DNA of 64,000 bases from an uncultured virus (IMG/VR IMGVR_UViG_3300049259_000219) (lineage: Duplodnaviria > Heunggongvirae > Uroviricota > Caudoviricetes). A model generated the notes under the pieces. The model saw only the letters and a list, made by a program, of their open reading frames with translations, was not told where the DNA came from and searched no databases. Every line of letters begins with the position of its first letter. Positions within the stretch are counted from its first letter, which is position 1. The DNA lies in IMG/VR virus record IMGVR_UViG_3300049259_000219; one strand, given 5' to 3'. Positions 1 to 8,987 of this stretch are shown piece by piece. Position numbers and translations under genes: made by a program.

Positions 1-19
1 AGCCGCGAATGCGTGCCGC

Positions 20-550
20 ATGATCGGGATCGGCTACGGAAGCGTGGAGGAAAATTTCTACGACGCCGCCAAGCTCCGCTGGCTGTGCACCATCAGCAAA
101 ATCCTGAACTGCCTCGACGAGTACAAGGACGAGGATTTCAAGATGAAAGTCCGCGAGGAAGTTGCCCTGCAACTCCGCAAGCCGACGGAACAGACGCCGA
201 CCGTGCTGACCGGGATCTACGACCAGCTCAAGCCTGAAAAGAGCGACGAGGAAAAGGCCGCCGAGAAAGCCGAAAAGGAAGCGGCCGCCGCGAAAGAACA
301 GCCGACGGTCCGCCTGACCGCCCTCCAGATTCTCGGCCTGCTGGTCGACGAATTGAAAGCGAGCGGCCTGCGCGCCGGGGAGTGCGAGGACGTCGGCGCC
401 CTCCATATGGCCCAGCTCGGCCTCGCCGATCTCCGCGCCGAAATGACCCGCGCCGAGAATGGCCTGCTCATGCTCACGGAAATCATCGCCGCGAAACTCA
501 GCGAAGTCCCCGCCGATACCGCGCCGGTCGAGCTCGAGGTCGCCGCCTAA
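20..550 (+). CDS. hypothetical protein (may start upstream of the window)
   Basis: 176-aa ORF with normal composition, followed by a strong hairpin. Confidence 0.7.
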   Translation: MIGIGYGSVEENFYDAAKLRWLCTISKILNCLDEYKDEDFKMKVREEVALQLRKPTEQTPTVLTGIYDQLKPEKSDEEKAAEKAEKEAAAAKEQPTVRLTALQILGLLVDELKASGLRAGECEDVGALHMAQLGLADLRAEMTRAENGLLMLTEIIAAKLSEVPADTAPVELEVAA

Positions 551-554
551 TCGG

Positions 555-612
555 AAAAGCAGAATCATCGCCGCCGGTCAGGGTTTCTGACCGGCGGCGT
601 CTTCTGCCTTTT
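555..612 (+). terminator. GC-rich hairpin, probable intrinsic terminator
   Basis: CGCCGCCGGTCAG (569-581) pairs with CTGACCGGCGGCG (587-599); followed by TCTTCTGCCTTTT. Confidence 0.6.
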
Positions 613-638
613 CGCGTAACGCGTACCGCAATTTTCCC

Positions 639-791
639 ATGAACACTCCCGCAAAAGTCGCCGCCCTCATCGTCATTTTCATCATCGCTGGCGTCCGCGA
701 CTGGCGGTGGCATCATCGTCTTTCCGTCCCGCACCGCGAGTACACCGCCGCCCTCCGCACTTTCCGCACCGCCACCGTTTACCAGCCATGA
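639..791 (+). CDS. small putative membrane protein (50 aa)
   Basis: ATG just after motif A; MNTPAKVAALIVIFIIAGV hydrophobic stretch; too short for the ORF track. Confidence 0.5.
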   Translation: MNTPAKVAALIVIFIIAGVRDWRWHHRLSVPHREYTAALRTFRTATVYQP

Positions 792-942
792 AACGCCCGC
801 CCTATTCCCGCCGCGCCGATTATCGCCGGCTGCGCCTGGCCGGGTTTCACGCCGACTGCGCCCGCTGGCTGGTCACGCATGGCGGAAATATCAGCCTCTG
901 ATTTCCCGCAAGTTTCGCGGAACGCGTACCGTAAAATTTCCC

Positions 943-1458
943 ATGAAAACCGTCCTTGATCATCCCACGACGCCACCGCGCCTTGTGAGTTTCGCCAACA
1001 CGTGCTCCGTCGAGTATGGGCGATTCCATCACTCCAGCGGCGAGCACAATGGAACGCCCGAGCAATTCTTCCAGCCCTACCATTGGTGGGCTCACGATTA
1101 CCTGACCGCCCGAGATCCCGCCGACTGGGAAGGCGTCGCCTTTATCGACAAGCGCGAGGCTGTGGAAACGCCCGCCGGATTTCGCCTGGTCATTGCCGGG
1201 CCGATGGTCGACCCGAGTCTCGACGATGCCGAAATCTCGCGTTGCCCGACGCCCGACCCTCTTCTCGCGGAGAGCCTGGCCATGCAAGCCGACAGCACCT
1301 ACGCCACCCTGACCGCAATCCAGGTCGCAACCGCGACCCCGGAAAAAGCCGGGGCTCTCGACTGTGTATCGGTCCGCGCCTTCATGCGCCTCTGGAAAGA
1401 GGTCGGGGCGCGAGTCGGCTATATCCGGGCTGGCCAATTTGTGGAGAAAGCACCGTGA
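943..1458 (+). CDS. hypothetical protein
   Basis: 171-aa ORF starting just after motif A. Confidence 0.7.
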   Translation: MKTVLDHPTTPPRLVSFANTCSVEYGRFHHSSGEHNGTPEQFFQPYHWWAHDYLTARDPADWEGVAFIDKREAVETPAGFRLVIAGPMVDPSLDDAEISRCPTPDPLLAESLAMQADSTYATLTAIQVATATPEKAGALDCVSVRAFMRLWKEVGARVGYIRAGQFVEKAP

Positions 1459-1789
1459 GAACGACCCGCCCGGCTCGGCGCCGTCCGAAAAAGCGGAGAC
1501 TGAATGACCCCGGCGGGATTGCCGCCACCGTCTTCATCTCGACCGCCGCCCTCATCTACGCGCTCAGTGAGGCGTTGCACCATTTCTTCCCCGGAAACCT
1601 CACCGAAAAGTAACTTTTCTAACCACGGCCAAAGGAGGGGCCACGTATGCGATAACCCGAAATCCCGCCGTATCAGCCATAGCTGGTGCGGCGGCGGGAG
1701 TCGCCGGCGTTTTGCGGTACACGTACCGTAGAATCGCCGGCGACGTCCGCCGCGAAGGCGAAACCACAACCAACACAAGCACCACCACC

Positions 1790-1975
1790 ATGATCAAGTC
1801 CGCAACCATCAAGAACGGCATCCTCACCCTCGAGATTCCCGTCAACGCCACCCCGACTCCGAGCGGGTCCGGGAAAACGCTGATCGTCGCCTCGTCCGGC
1901 GGCAATCAGGTCACGACCGCGCTGGTCGACGGCAAGCCCCTCATCGTCGGGCTCAACGCCTACGTCAAGCCCTAA
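1790..1975 (+). CDS. small beta-rich hypothetical protein
   Basis: MIKSATIKNGILTLEIP...SGSGKTLIVASSGGN...GLNAYVKP; A/C-rich leader before the ATG. Confidence 0.75.
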   Translation: MIKSATIKNGILTLEIPVNATPTPSGSGKTLIVASSGGNQVTTALVDGKPLIVGLNAYVKP

Positions 1976-2040
1976 GGGGCGTCCCGCGATTACCGCGGCG
2001 GGGTATGGGGGAAGTGTGTTCCTCCCAGCCCGCCGCTGGT

Positions 2041-2101
2041 AATTGCGTGACGCGTACCGCAAAACGCCCCGTGCGTCTTTTGCGGTACGCGTCACGCAAT
2101 T
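2041..2101. repeat. perfect 24-bp inverted repeat made of two motif A copies
   Basis: AATTGCGTGACGCGTACCGCAAAA (2041-2064) and its exact reverse complement (2078-2101), 13-bp spacer. Confidence 0.95.
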
Positions 2102-2104
2102 CCA

Positions 2105-2407
2105 ATGAATCACACGCAAACGCTCCACCGCCTCCCTTTCAATGAAGCCAACCGCGCGATGATCGAGCGCATCGTGGAGACGGTGCACGCCACGACGCCC
2201 GCGCCTCCCATTCACGCCCTTCGCTCCGGCGACGACATGGAAATCCGCCCGCTCTTTTCCGTGCCGCGTGTCACTTTTGATATTCTCATCCTCCGCATCA
2301 ACGCCGCGATCGAGGCGATCGAGGCGATCGAGGAAGGCCGCTGCCCTGAGTGTCACGGCGTTCAAGACGGACACGCGCTGACCTGCTCGAAACTTTGGAA
2401 AAAGTAA
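2105..2407 (+). CDS. hypothetical protein with C-terminal Cys/His cluster
   Basis: CPECHG...H...C; stop codon lies in motif B. Confidence 0.6.
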   Translation: MNHTQTLHRLPFNEANRAMIERIVETVHATTPAPPIHALRSGDDMEIRPLFSVPRVTFDILILRINAAIEAIEAIEEGRCPECHGVQDGHALTCSKLWKK

Positions 2408-2411
2408 CTTT

Positions 2412-2642
2412 ATGGCAACGCACATCGTCCAATCCCTCGGCTATTCGCAATGCCCCGAGTTCGCCGACCTAGCCAAGGCCCGCAAGCACCTCCGGGATCT
2501 CGTCAAGGAAAGCCTGGCGCGTGCCCGCCGCACGAGTAAGACCGCCACGAAACACCGGGTTTACCCGGACTATTACCGGATCACGCTCGGCAGCGACGAG
2601 CGTTCCACCCTTTACGCCCTCCACCAGATCATCAGCCAATGA
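2412..2642 (+). CDS. hypothetical protein
   Basis: 76-aa ORF, ATG directly after motif B. Confidence 0.6.
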   Translation: MATHIVQSLGYSQCPEFADLAKARKHLRDLVKESLARARRTSKTATKHRVYPDYYRITLGSDERSTLYALHQIISQ

Positions 2643-2780
2643 CCGTCCTCGACCAGCAATTCCGCGAGATCTTCCGCTTTGTGAACCGCCTTTATCCTGC
2701 CTGGAGTCGGGCAAAAAAGCGCAGCGAAGCGGAGCGCCGCCTGCTCATCGAGATTAACCGGATTCCGTAACCCCATTTTC

Positions 2781-2945
2781 GCCCCGCCTGAAGCAGCTTC
2801 CCCGGCGTACTAAGGACCAAAAAGCGTGGTCTGGATTACCACCCGACAGCTTGCGAGAACCCTCGGACTATGCCGGCGACCTCTGAAGACACGGCTCGTA
2901 ATCGTGGGCGCCAGAGGTAGATAGGTTTGAGTCCTATGCGAGGCC
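2781..2945 (+). ncRNA. candidate structured ncRNA with tRNA-like 3' end
   Basis: T-arm-like ATAGG-TTTGAGT-CCTAT (2921-2937); closing stem GCCCCGC/GCGAGGC; internal stems 2802-2809/2869-2876 and 2879-2885/2912-2918; T-tract follows; intergenic. Confidence 0.45.
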
Positions 2946-2971
2946 TTTTTCCGTAACGCGTACCGTAAATT

Positions 2972-3187
2972 ATGCTGACCAACGAATGCGCCAGCCCTGA
3001 GGAAATGCGGACAATGCTCCACACCCGCGGCGCGATGGCGACCCTACAAACCTGCCTCGCCTATTGCCGACGCATGGAAGTGGAGCATCCCGAACGCGCC
3101 GAAGCATGGCGCGCGCAGTCCCACCGCTTTGTTCAGAACAACCCGACCCGCCGCGAGTCTGCCAGTCGCCGCCGCAAGCCCCGCTAA
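2972..3187 (+). CDS. hypothetical protein
   Basis: ATG just after motif A. Confidence 0.55.
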   Translation: MLTNECASPEEMRTMLHTRGAMATLQTCLAYCRRMEVEHPERAEAWRAQSHRFVQNNPTRRESASRRRKPR

Positions 3188-3195
3188 ACTTTCCC

Positions 3196-3384
3196 ATGAA
3201 CGACCTCGAAGCCATCTTCCGCGATATCGAATGCTCGCCCGACATGGAGACGGAGATCCGTTTGCTGCGCCGACTCGCCCGGGCCTGCCATAATGACGCG
3301 AAGACTCCGCTTGACCGGCGGCCCGGCATCGCCGCGATCACGCGCGATGCTTCCCGGTTCGTCGAGGCCAGCCTGGCCGCCTAA
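3196..3384 (+). CDS. hypothetical protein
   Basis: MNDLEAIFRDIE...; fits the tight gene packing. Confidence 0.55.
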   Translation: MNDLEAIFRDIECSPDMETEIRLLRRLARACHNDAKTPLDRRPGIAAITRDASRFVEASLAA

Positions 3385-3390
3385 ATTTCC

Positions 3391-3717
3391 ATGAGACACA
3401 ATCCGCTCGGCCAGACTACCCCGGCCAAACCGCGCCGCTTGGCGCGCGTCACCACGCCGGCGACTGCCGTCCCGAAACAAAGCGCCCTGACCCGCACGGT
3501 CCTCGCCTTGTCGGACGAGAGCTTCGCCTGCTTGCTGGCCGACGCCGACCTTGACGAGGCACGGAGAATCCGCGCCGAGTTCGCCGCCTGGTGCGCTGCC
3601 CATTCCAAGTCCCGCGATTGGCGGGTGGCATGGCGGAGCTGGCGCGCCGCGCCCGGAAAAGCGCCGCGCAAAAGAACCCCGCTCGAACTGGCCATCGCCA
3701 GAATGAAAAGCCTATGA
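3391..3717 (+). CDS. hypothetical protein resembling the C-terminal domain of the MTase-SNF2 protein
   Basis: F..LL......R.EF...C.....DWR.AW pattern shared with 18145-18366. Confidence 0.65.
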   Translation: MRHNPLGQTTPAKPRRLARVTTPATAVPKQSALTRTVLALSDESFACLLADADLDEARRIRAEFAAWCAAHSKSRDWRVAWRSWRAAPGKAPRKRTPLELAIARMKSL

Positions 3718-4076
3718 GCCGGCGAGATGATCGCCGCGCACGGTTCCGCGGGCTCCATGCCGAATACCACCTCAGCATCGCACGGAAAAACCGCTGCATC
3801 GCCAAGGTGATGGCGCAGGTTCCACCGGCGACGAAAGCCCTCCGGCTCGTCGACCGGCAGCGACCCGAAATTTTTTGGATCATCAGCCGGGAAGTTTACC
3901 CGGCCGAGATCCGTCAAGGCGAGTGGCGTGCCTCACGGTTCGACCGCTATGGGCCGAGCAGCCACTTTAACGGCCCGGACATTGCCACGATCGTGGCCGC
4001 GCTCCAAGGGGCGCATACCTCGATCGGGCTACCCTACGCCAGCCCCGGCGAACTTCGGTTCGACTCGGCCAGGTAG
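3714..4076 (+). CDS. hypothetical protein
   Basis: ATGA overlap with the upstream gene. Confidence 0.6.
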   Translation: MSRRDDRRARFRGLHAEYHLSIARKNRCIAKVMAQVPPATKALRLVDRQRPEIFWIISREVYPAEIRQGEWRASRFDRYGPSSHFNGPDIATIVAALQGAHTSIGLPYASPGELRFDSAR

Positions 4077-4349
4077 TCCGAGAACCGTCGAACGCGGGCC
4101 GCACGAAATTGCGGTACGCGTACCGCGAAAGTTTCGACGGTGCGACGGCGCGCGACGCTACCGCAAACGACGCGGCGACGCGCTGCGAACGCGACGCGTT
4201 TGCGGTACGCGTACCGCAAACGGCACGACGGCGCGCTGCGCTGCGCCGCTCGCTGACACGACGACCCGCGAACGCAACGTGATTGCGTGACGCGTACCGC
4301 AAACCTTTCGCGCACACCGCGCACACCACGAACGCACAACCCGCACACC
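4077..4349. promoter_or_regulatory. intergenic control region with three motif A copies and many CGACG words
   Basis: Perfect palindromes at 4111-4126 (16 bp) and 4197-4222 (26 bp); third copy at 4283-4303. Confidence 0.6.
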
Positions 4350-5132
4350 ATGACGATCGCCACCACCGCACCCGCACCCACCACCGCACCCGCCGCACCC
4401 GCCGCCGCCCCCAAGGGGGTCAAGCGGGTCTCGCTCACGGGCATCAAGAGCAAGGCGGCCGCCGCGCCGGCGAGCAAGTCCTACCCCGTGCTGCCCGACC
4501 CGAATCACGAGGTGACCAAGCTGGCGCACGCCATCCGCACCGATCAGGAGATGTTCGATGCCCTGGAGGGCGGCCTGAAGGTGAACAAGGCGGAACTCCG
4601 CACCCTCGCGAGCCCGTTCTACTTCCGCACGAACCGGGGCAAGGCCGAGATCCCGAGTTCCGTCCTCTGCCACATCACGCCCGAGCTCCTGGACGCGGAG
4701 GGCAAGGTCATCGGGCATGAGCCAGCCACCTCGGCCGTGCTCGTCACGTTCACGAACAAGTACGGCGCCGCCGACGAGGAAGCCGTGAAGGAAATCATCG
4801 GCGAGGAGCTGGTCGAGCGATTCTTCCGCCAGAAGTTCGAGCTCAAGATCGACGGCGACCTGCTGCCGGCGGGCCCGGCCCTCGACGAACACGGCCAGCC
4901 GGTCCTCGATGAGGGCGTGCCAGTCGCCGCCGTCAGCCAGCTCCTCGCCGAACTCGGCGCGCTCTTCGAGAAGTACGAGGCGAGCGCGGCCCTGACGCAG
5001 TCCGAGAAGATCGTCCCGGTCAGCGAGTTTCACACCGCCCGGCACACCGCCCTCACGCCTGAGCAGAACGCCGCGCTCGAGCTCGTCGTCCCCTGCCAGG
5101 CGATGATCAAGACCAAGAACGTCAAGCTGTGA
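4350..5132 (+). CDS. hypothetical protein, Ala/Pro/Thr-rich N-terminus
   Basis: Strong GC3 codon bias; A/C-rich leader; GTGA overlap with the ligase-like gene. Confidence 0.8.
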   Translation: MTIATTAPAPTTAPAAPAAAPKGVKRVSLTGIKSKAAAAPASKSYPVLPDPNHEVTKLAHAIRTDQEMFDALEGGLKVNKAELRTLASPFYFRTNRGKAEIPSSVLCHITPELLDAEGKVIGHEPATSAVLVTFTNKYGAADEEAVKEIIGEELVERFFRQKFELKIDGDLLPAGPALDEHGQPVLDEGVPVAAVSQLLAELGALFEKYEASAALTQSEKIVPVSEFHTARHTALTPEQNAALELVVPCQAMIKTKNVKL

Positions 5133-5764
5133 ACCCACGCCCCTTCTTTCCCGCCCGGCCGGTCAACGGCGGGCCGCTTGAAAAAGCCCGGCCCAAGCTG
5201 GGCGAGTGGCTGTACGAGCCAAAGTTCAACGGCTGGCGCGCCCTCATCCACGTGCCGACCCTGACCGCCTTTAACCGGCATGGGGAAATCCTCACGATCG
5301 GCGCCGAGTTTCAGGTCGCGATGACCGAGCTGCGCGCCGAACTGGCGAAGGCGCAGAACAAACTCATCCTCTCCGCCTCCCACGGCCGCGAGCGGTTGAT
5401 CGCTCAAGAGGTGGAATGGGCAGACACGGAAGCCCTGGAGCGCCGGCACAACCGAGGGCAGGGCTCACTGGTCCTGCTCGATCTGCCGATGCTTGACCTC
5501 CCGACGGTGAGCCGCGGCTACGTCATGCGGGAAATATTCTGCCCGGCGATCGACCACTGTGCCGCCCGCAACACGGTCTATTCCGTGCCGCAATACACAG
5601 ACGGACCAGCCGCCTATGCGGAGTGTAAAGCCGCCAACAAAATGCTGGGCGTCGAGTTCTACGAGGGAGTCGTCGCCAAGCGGCAGTATGCGGAATACCC
5701 GATGAACAATCGGACCGGAGACCAAGAGACGCCCAAGTGGATGAAACACCGCTGGGCCTGGTGA
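5129..5764 (+). CDS. ATP-dependent DNA/RNA ligase-like nucleotidyltransferase (adenylation domain only)
   Basis: Motif I EPKFNGWRA, motif IV EGVVAK, motif V WMKHR at the C-terminus. Confidence 0.8.
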   Translation: MNPRPFFPARPVNGGPLEKARPKLGEWLYEPKFNGWRALIHVPTLTAFNRHGEILTIGAEFQVAMTELRAELAKAQNKLILSASHGRERLIAQEVEWADTEALERRHNRGQGSLVLLDLPMLDLPTVSRGYVMREIFCPAIDHCAARNTVYSVPQYTDGPAAYAECKAANKMLGVEFYEGVVAKRQYAEYPMNNRTGDQETPKWMKHRWAW

Positions 5765-5794
5765 AATCACGTAACGCGTACCGCAAAACCTTTT

Positions 5795-6409
5795 ATGAGC
5801 CCTGACGAAAAAGCCACCAAGCTAACCGAGATCGCAGCCCTCCTCTCCAACTGCCATTGCCGATACGTGCCGCCGGACCCCGCCGCACCGTTCCAGATCA
5901 AAGGGGGTGCCCTCGACTTCGGGGAGGGCCGCTACGTCGTCGCTCACCAGGACGGCCCCAAGCTGAGGTTCAGCTGCGTCTGGCCCTGCGACTACTCACG
6001 GCACAATCTCTATTACCCGAGCAAGCACGATGACGCGGAGAAGGATCTACCCACCTCCATCACGGTCAGCGAGAGCCGGCCGTCCAAGGTGATCGCAGCG
6101 GAACTCTTCCGCCGGCTCCTTCCGCACTACTTCTTCCTCTTTCCCCGCTGCCAGAAGCGACTGGAAGAGGCCGCGGACTGGTCGACCAAGACCGAAGCCA
6201 ACACGAGAGCGATCGCCGCGCTGCTGGATTCTTCGCACAACCTCGAGCAGCGGAGCAAACCGGACGGCGAGGGCAGCGTCAACGTACACCGGATGCCCGG
6301 ACTTTCCCGAGTCCGAGTGACCGCCACCAGCGTGACCTTCGAGTGCTTCACCTCCATCCCGTTCGAGAAGGGCATCCGCCTCCTCGAGTTCTGGAAAACC
6401 CTCCGCTGA
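5795..6409 (+). CDS. hypothetical protein
   Basis: 204-aa ORF after motif A. Confidence 0.7.
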   Translation: MSPDEKATKLTEIAALLSNCHCRYVPPDPAAPFQIKGGALDFGEGRYVVAHQDGPKLRFSCVWPCDYSRHNLYYPSKHDDAEKDLPTSITVSESRPSKVIAAELFRRLLPHYFFLFPRCQKRLEEAADWSTKTEANTRAIAALLDSSHNLEQRSKPDGEGSVNVHRMPGLSRVRVTATSVTFECFTSIPFEKGIRLLEFWKTLR

Positions 6410-6563
6410 TTTCCGTGAAGGCTCACCCATCCAAAGGCAAGAACCTCGCCGCGCTTCTCCGGCACTACGTGACCGGCGCCATCGAGCGCGGGGAAGCACA
6501 GCCCATCATCGAGCAGACCGCTCCCGCCCCGTCACCCGCAATTTCCGTAACGCGTACCGCAAA

Positions 6564-7025
6564 ATGCTCACCGATCCTCTGATGGTTCCTTTCGTGACGG
6601 TCCGCACCGTGGCCGAGGCGCCGTCGCCCGGTCACGTGTTCAGCCCTGAGAAGTGTGTCGAGTTCTGGGCCGATCATATCGCGACCCGCCCGGACCATGA
6701 CCCGGACAAGGAGCACCTCTACGTCCTCGCCTTGGACGTGAAGTACCAACTGAAAGGGGTCACCCTTGTCAGCATGGGCACGCTCAACGAAAGCCTGGCG
6801 CATCCCCGCGAAGTCTTTCGGCCGGCCATCGCCATGGGCGCCTACGCCATCATCCTGATGCACAATCACCCGAGCGGAAACCCCCAGCCCAGCGAAGCCG
6901 ACCGCAACCTGACCCGGCGGATGACGGAGGCCGGCAACATCCTCCACCTCAAACTCAAAGACCACGTCATCTTTGGCACCCGCACGGCTCACTTCAGCTT
7001 CCACGATTGCGGCCTGATCTCATGA
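6564..7025 (+). CDS. radC: RadC-like JAB/MPN domain protein
   Basis: KEHLYVL...GTLNESLAHPREVF...HNHPSG.P.PS.AD...LKDHVI. Confidence 0.92.
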   Translation: MLTDPLMVPFVTVRTVAEAPSPGHVFSPEKCVEFWADHIATRPDHDPDKEHLYVLALDVKYQLKGVTLVSMGTLNESLAHPREVFRPAIAMGAYAIILMHNHPSGNPQPSEADRNLTRRMTEAGNILHLKLKDHVIFGTRTAHFSFHDCGLIS

Positions 7026-7260
7026 AGACGATCATCGTTTCGTCGGACAAGACTCCTTCCGGGTGCAGCACCGGAAGCTTCCGATCTGCCTACCCCCGCT
7101 ATGAGCGGGTGCAACGGCGGACCCCGTCGGGCCGCGTCTACGACACCGTCACCATGACCAACCCGGACGGCTCCGGCGTCGTATCCACGACCGAGCTCAC
7201 GGCGGACGCCGGGCGCGCCATCCACACCCTGACCCGTTGCACGTTCAACCGCCGCTAATT

Positions 7261-7899
7261 ATGTCGACCAATCCCAGCCAGTGGAAACCCGCCAACGTCA
7301 GCGAACTCATCGGCGAGGCGAGACGCGTCGGACGCATTCTCTCCGCCAAGATTGACCGGCTGCAGAGCGACCCGGACGCCGTGTTCAGGTGCCTCTTCTA
7401 CGGCGTCTCTGGCACCGGCAAGACTTCGCTTACCAATCTGTTGGCCAAGCAACTGGTCGGCGTCGACGAGTTCAGCCTCACCCGCAAAGCCGGGCAGGAC
7501 GTGTCGATCGACACAGTCCGCGAGTGGGAAGCCTCGCTCCGGTCACGCCCCCTCTTCGGCGACTGGCAGGTGATCCAGGTGAACGAGATCGACCTCATGC
7601 CGCCGGCCGCGCAGCACCGGCTCCTGGAGTTCCTCGACCTCCTGCCCGCCCGCTACGCCTTCCTTGGCACCAGCAATCTCGAGCTCGAACTTCTCGCCGA
7701 ACGATTCCAGACCAGGCTCCAGCCGTGGAAGATCGAGCCGCCGTCGACGGAGGAAACGATCGGCTTCATTCGCAAGCACTGGCCGCTGGTCACCGTCGCC
7801 AGCGCCAAGATGATCGCCGTCGGCAGCGCCGGCAATGTCCGCGCCGCCTGCCTCGACACCGAGAGCGAACTCGACGTGCTCCTCGCCGACGCAGCTTAA
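7261..7899 (+). CDS. AAA+ ATPase, clamp-loader/RarA-like
   Basis: Walker A GVSGTGKT, Walker B-like VNEID, FQTR arginine finger, GNVRAA sensor 2. Confidence 0.8.
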   Translation: MSTNPSQWKPANVSELIGEARRVGRILSAKIDRLQSDPDAVFRCLFYGVSGTGKTSLTNLLAKQLVGVDEFSLTRKAGQDVSIDTVREWEASLRSRPLFGDWQVIQVNEIDLMPPAAQHRLLEFLDLLPARYAFLGTSNLELELLAERFQTRLQPWKIEPPSTEETIGFIRKHWPLVTVASAKMIAVGSAGNVRAACLDTESELDVLLADAA

Positions 7900-7930
7900 C
7901 AATTCACGGAACGCGTACCGCAAAACCACT

Positions 7931-8365
7931 ATGATACTCAACACCTGCACCCACGCCTTCGTCGTGCCCGGCCAGCTCAACATCATCGACCTCGTCAATC
8001 CGGAGACCGGACTGGCCGCTCACACGAATGAAGACTTGGAAGCCGTGCGACTCCGCCACCCGGGGACCGTGATGGTTGATTTCAGCAAATGGCTCGACGC
8101 CAAGGCCGCGATCCAGAATGAGGCCGTCGAGTGGAGCGAGGTGACCGAGGATGTCTACCACGATTCAATGGACGTACTCCCGCCCAGGGCCTACACCCAC
8201 CTTGGCTTCCTGGTGGGCGAACCAAGCGACCATCACGCCACGGGCTTCGCACGGTATCCCGCCTTCGCCTCCGTCCAGAAGCGCTACTTCAGCGCGTCCC
8301 GGCCGATGATGGCCAGAGAGTTCCACGCCCTCACCCCGGCCGCCGTCCTCGCCGCCATCAAATGA
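7931..8365 (+). CDS. DUF1419-like protein
   Basis: W.EVTE..Y...MDVLPP......FLVGEP pattern. Confidence 0.55.
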   Translation: MILNTCTHAFVVPGQLNIIDLVNPETGLAAHTNEDLEAVRLRHPGTVMVDFSKWLDAKAAIQNEAVEWSEVTEDVYHDSMDVLPPRAYTHLGFLVGEPSDHHATGFARYPAFASVQKRYFSASRPMMAREFHALTPAAVLAAIK

Positions 8366-8754
8366 GCGCCATCGCCATCGCCACCGGCCACCCCGCCGGA
8401 TCTTTCCTCGATCGCTACACCCTCGAAGTTCGCCACAAGGTCGCGCTCGCCGACGCTTGGAATCAACTCGAGTCCTACATGAGCCCGATCAAACGCCGCG
8501 CCGGCGCACTCCGCGAGCGGATCCGGGAACGTGCGTACGCCGAGATGCGGGCCGCTGGGTGCAGCCATCCGGCGCACCTCCATAACGCTTTCGTCGGGCC
8601 GCGATGGGCAGGCGTGGATTATAACCGCCTGCGCCGAGCACGCCACCTCATGGCGGAATCCTTCAAGCCGGAAAGCCTGGCGTCCCTTTCGTGGAAGCGG
8701 GCCTTCAATCGCATCCTCGCCGAGCCCTTCGGCTATTGCCCCTACGACCTCTAA
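8362..8754 (+). CDS. hypothetical protein
   Basis: ATGA-type coupling with the upstream gene. Confidence 0.6.
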   Translation: MSAIAIATGHPAGSFLDRYTLEVRHKVALADAWNQLESYMSPIKRRAGALRERIRERAYAEMRAAGCSHPAHLHNAFVGPRWAGVDYNRLRRARHLMAESFKPESLASLSWKRAFNRILAEPFGYCPYDL

Positions 8755-8780
8755 CCAATTCGCGTAACGCGTACCGCAAA

Positions 8781-8984
8781 ATGTCCGACACCTGCAGCCA
8801 GTTCAACCCGCTTCACTCCGCAATCAAAGGCCACAGCGACCGCTGCCGTCAGTGCGGTGGCACCAGCGAGGAGCACGAGGAGGCGGAGCGCCGCGACTTC
8901 GAGCCGCCTGATCGCGATCGCGAGTACTCCGACGGACCGATGAACGTCTGCGGGTTGTTCGAAGGCCGCGCTGAATACCGCTGA
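8781..8984 (+). CDS. small Cys/His-containing hypothetical protein
   Basis: Motif A runs into its ATG; C..F...CRQCG....EH. Confidence 0.6.
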   Translation: MSDTCSQFNPLHSAIKGHSDRCRQCGGTSEEHEEAERRDFEPPDRDREYSDGPMNVCGLFEGRAEYR

Positions 8985-8987
8985 CCT

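Noticed and set aside
2781..2945. Canonical tRNA gene
   Set aside because: No normal D-arm or anticodon arm at tRNA spacing; kept only as a tRNA-like ncRNA candidate
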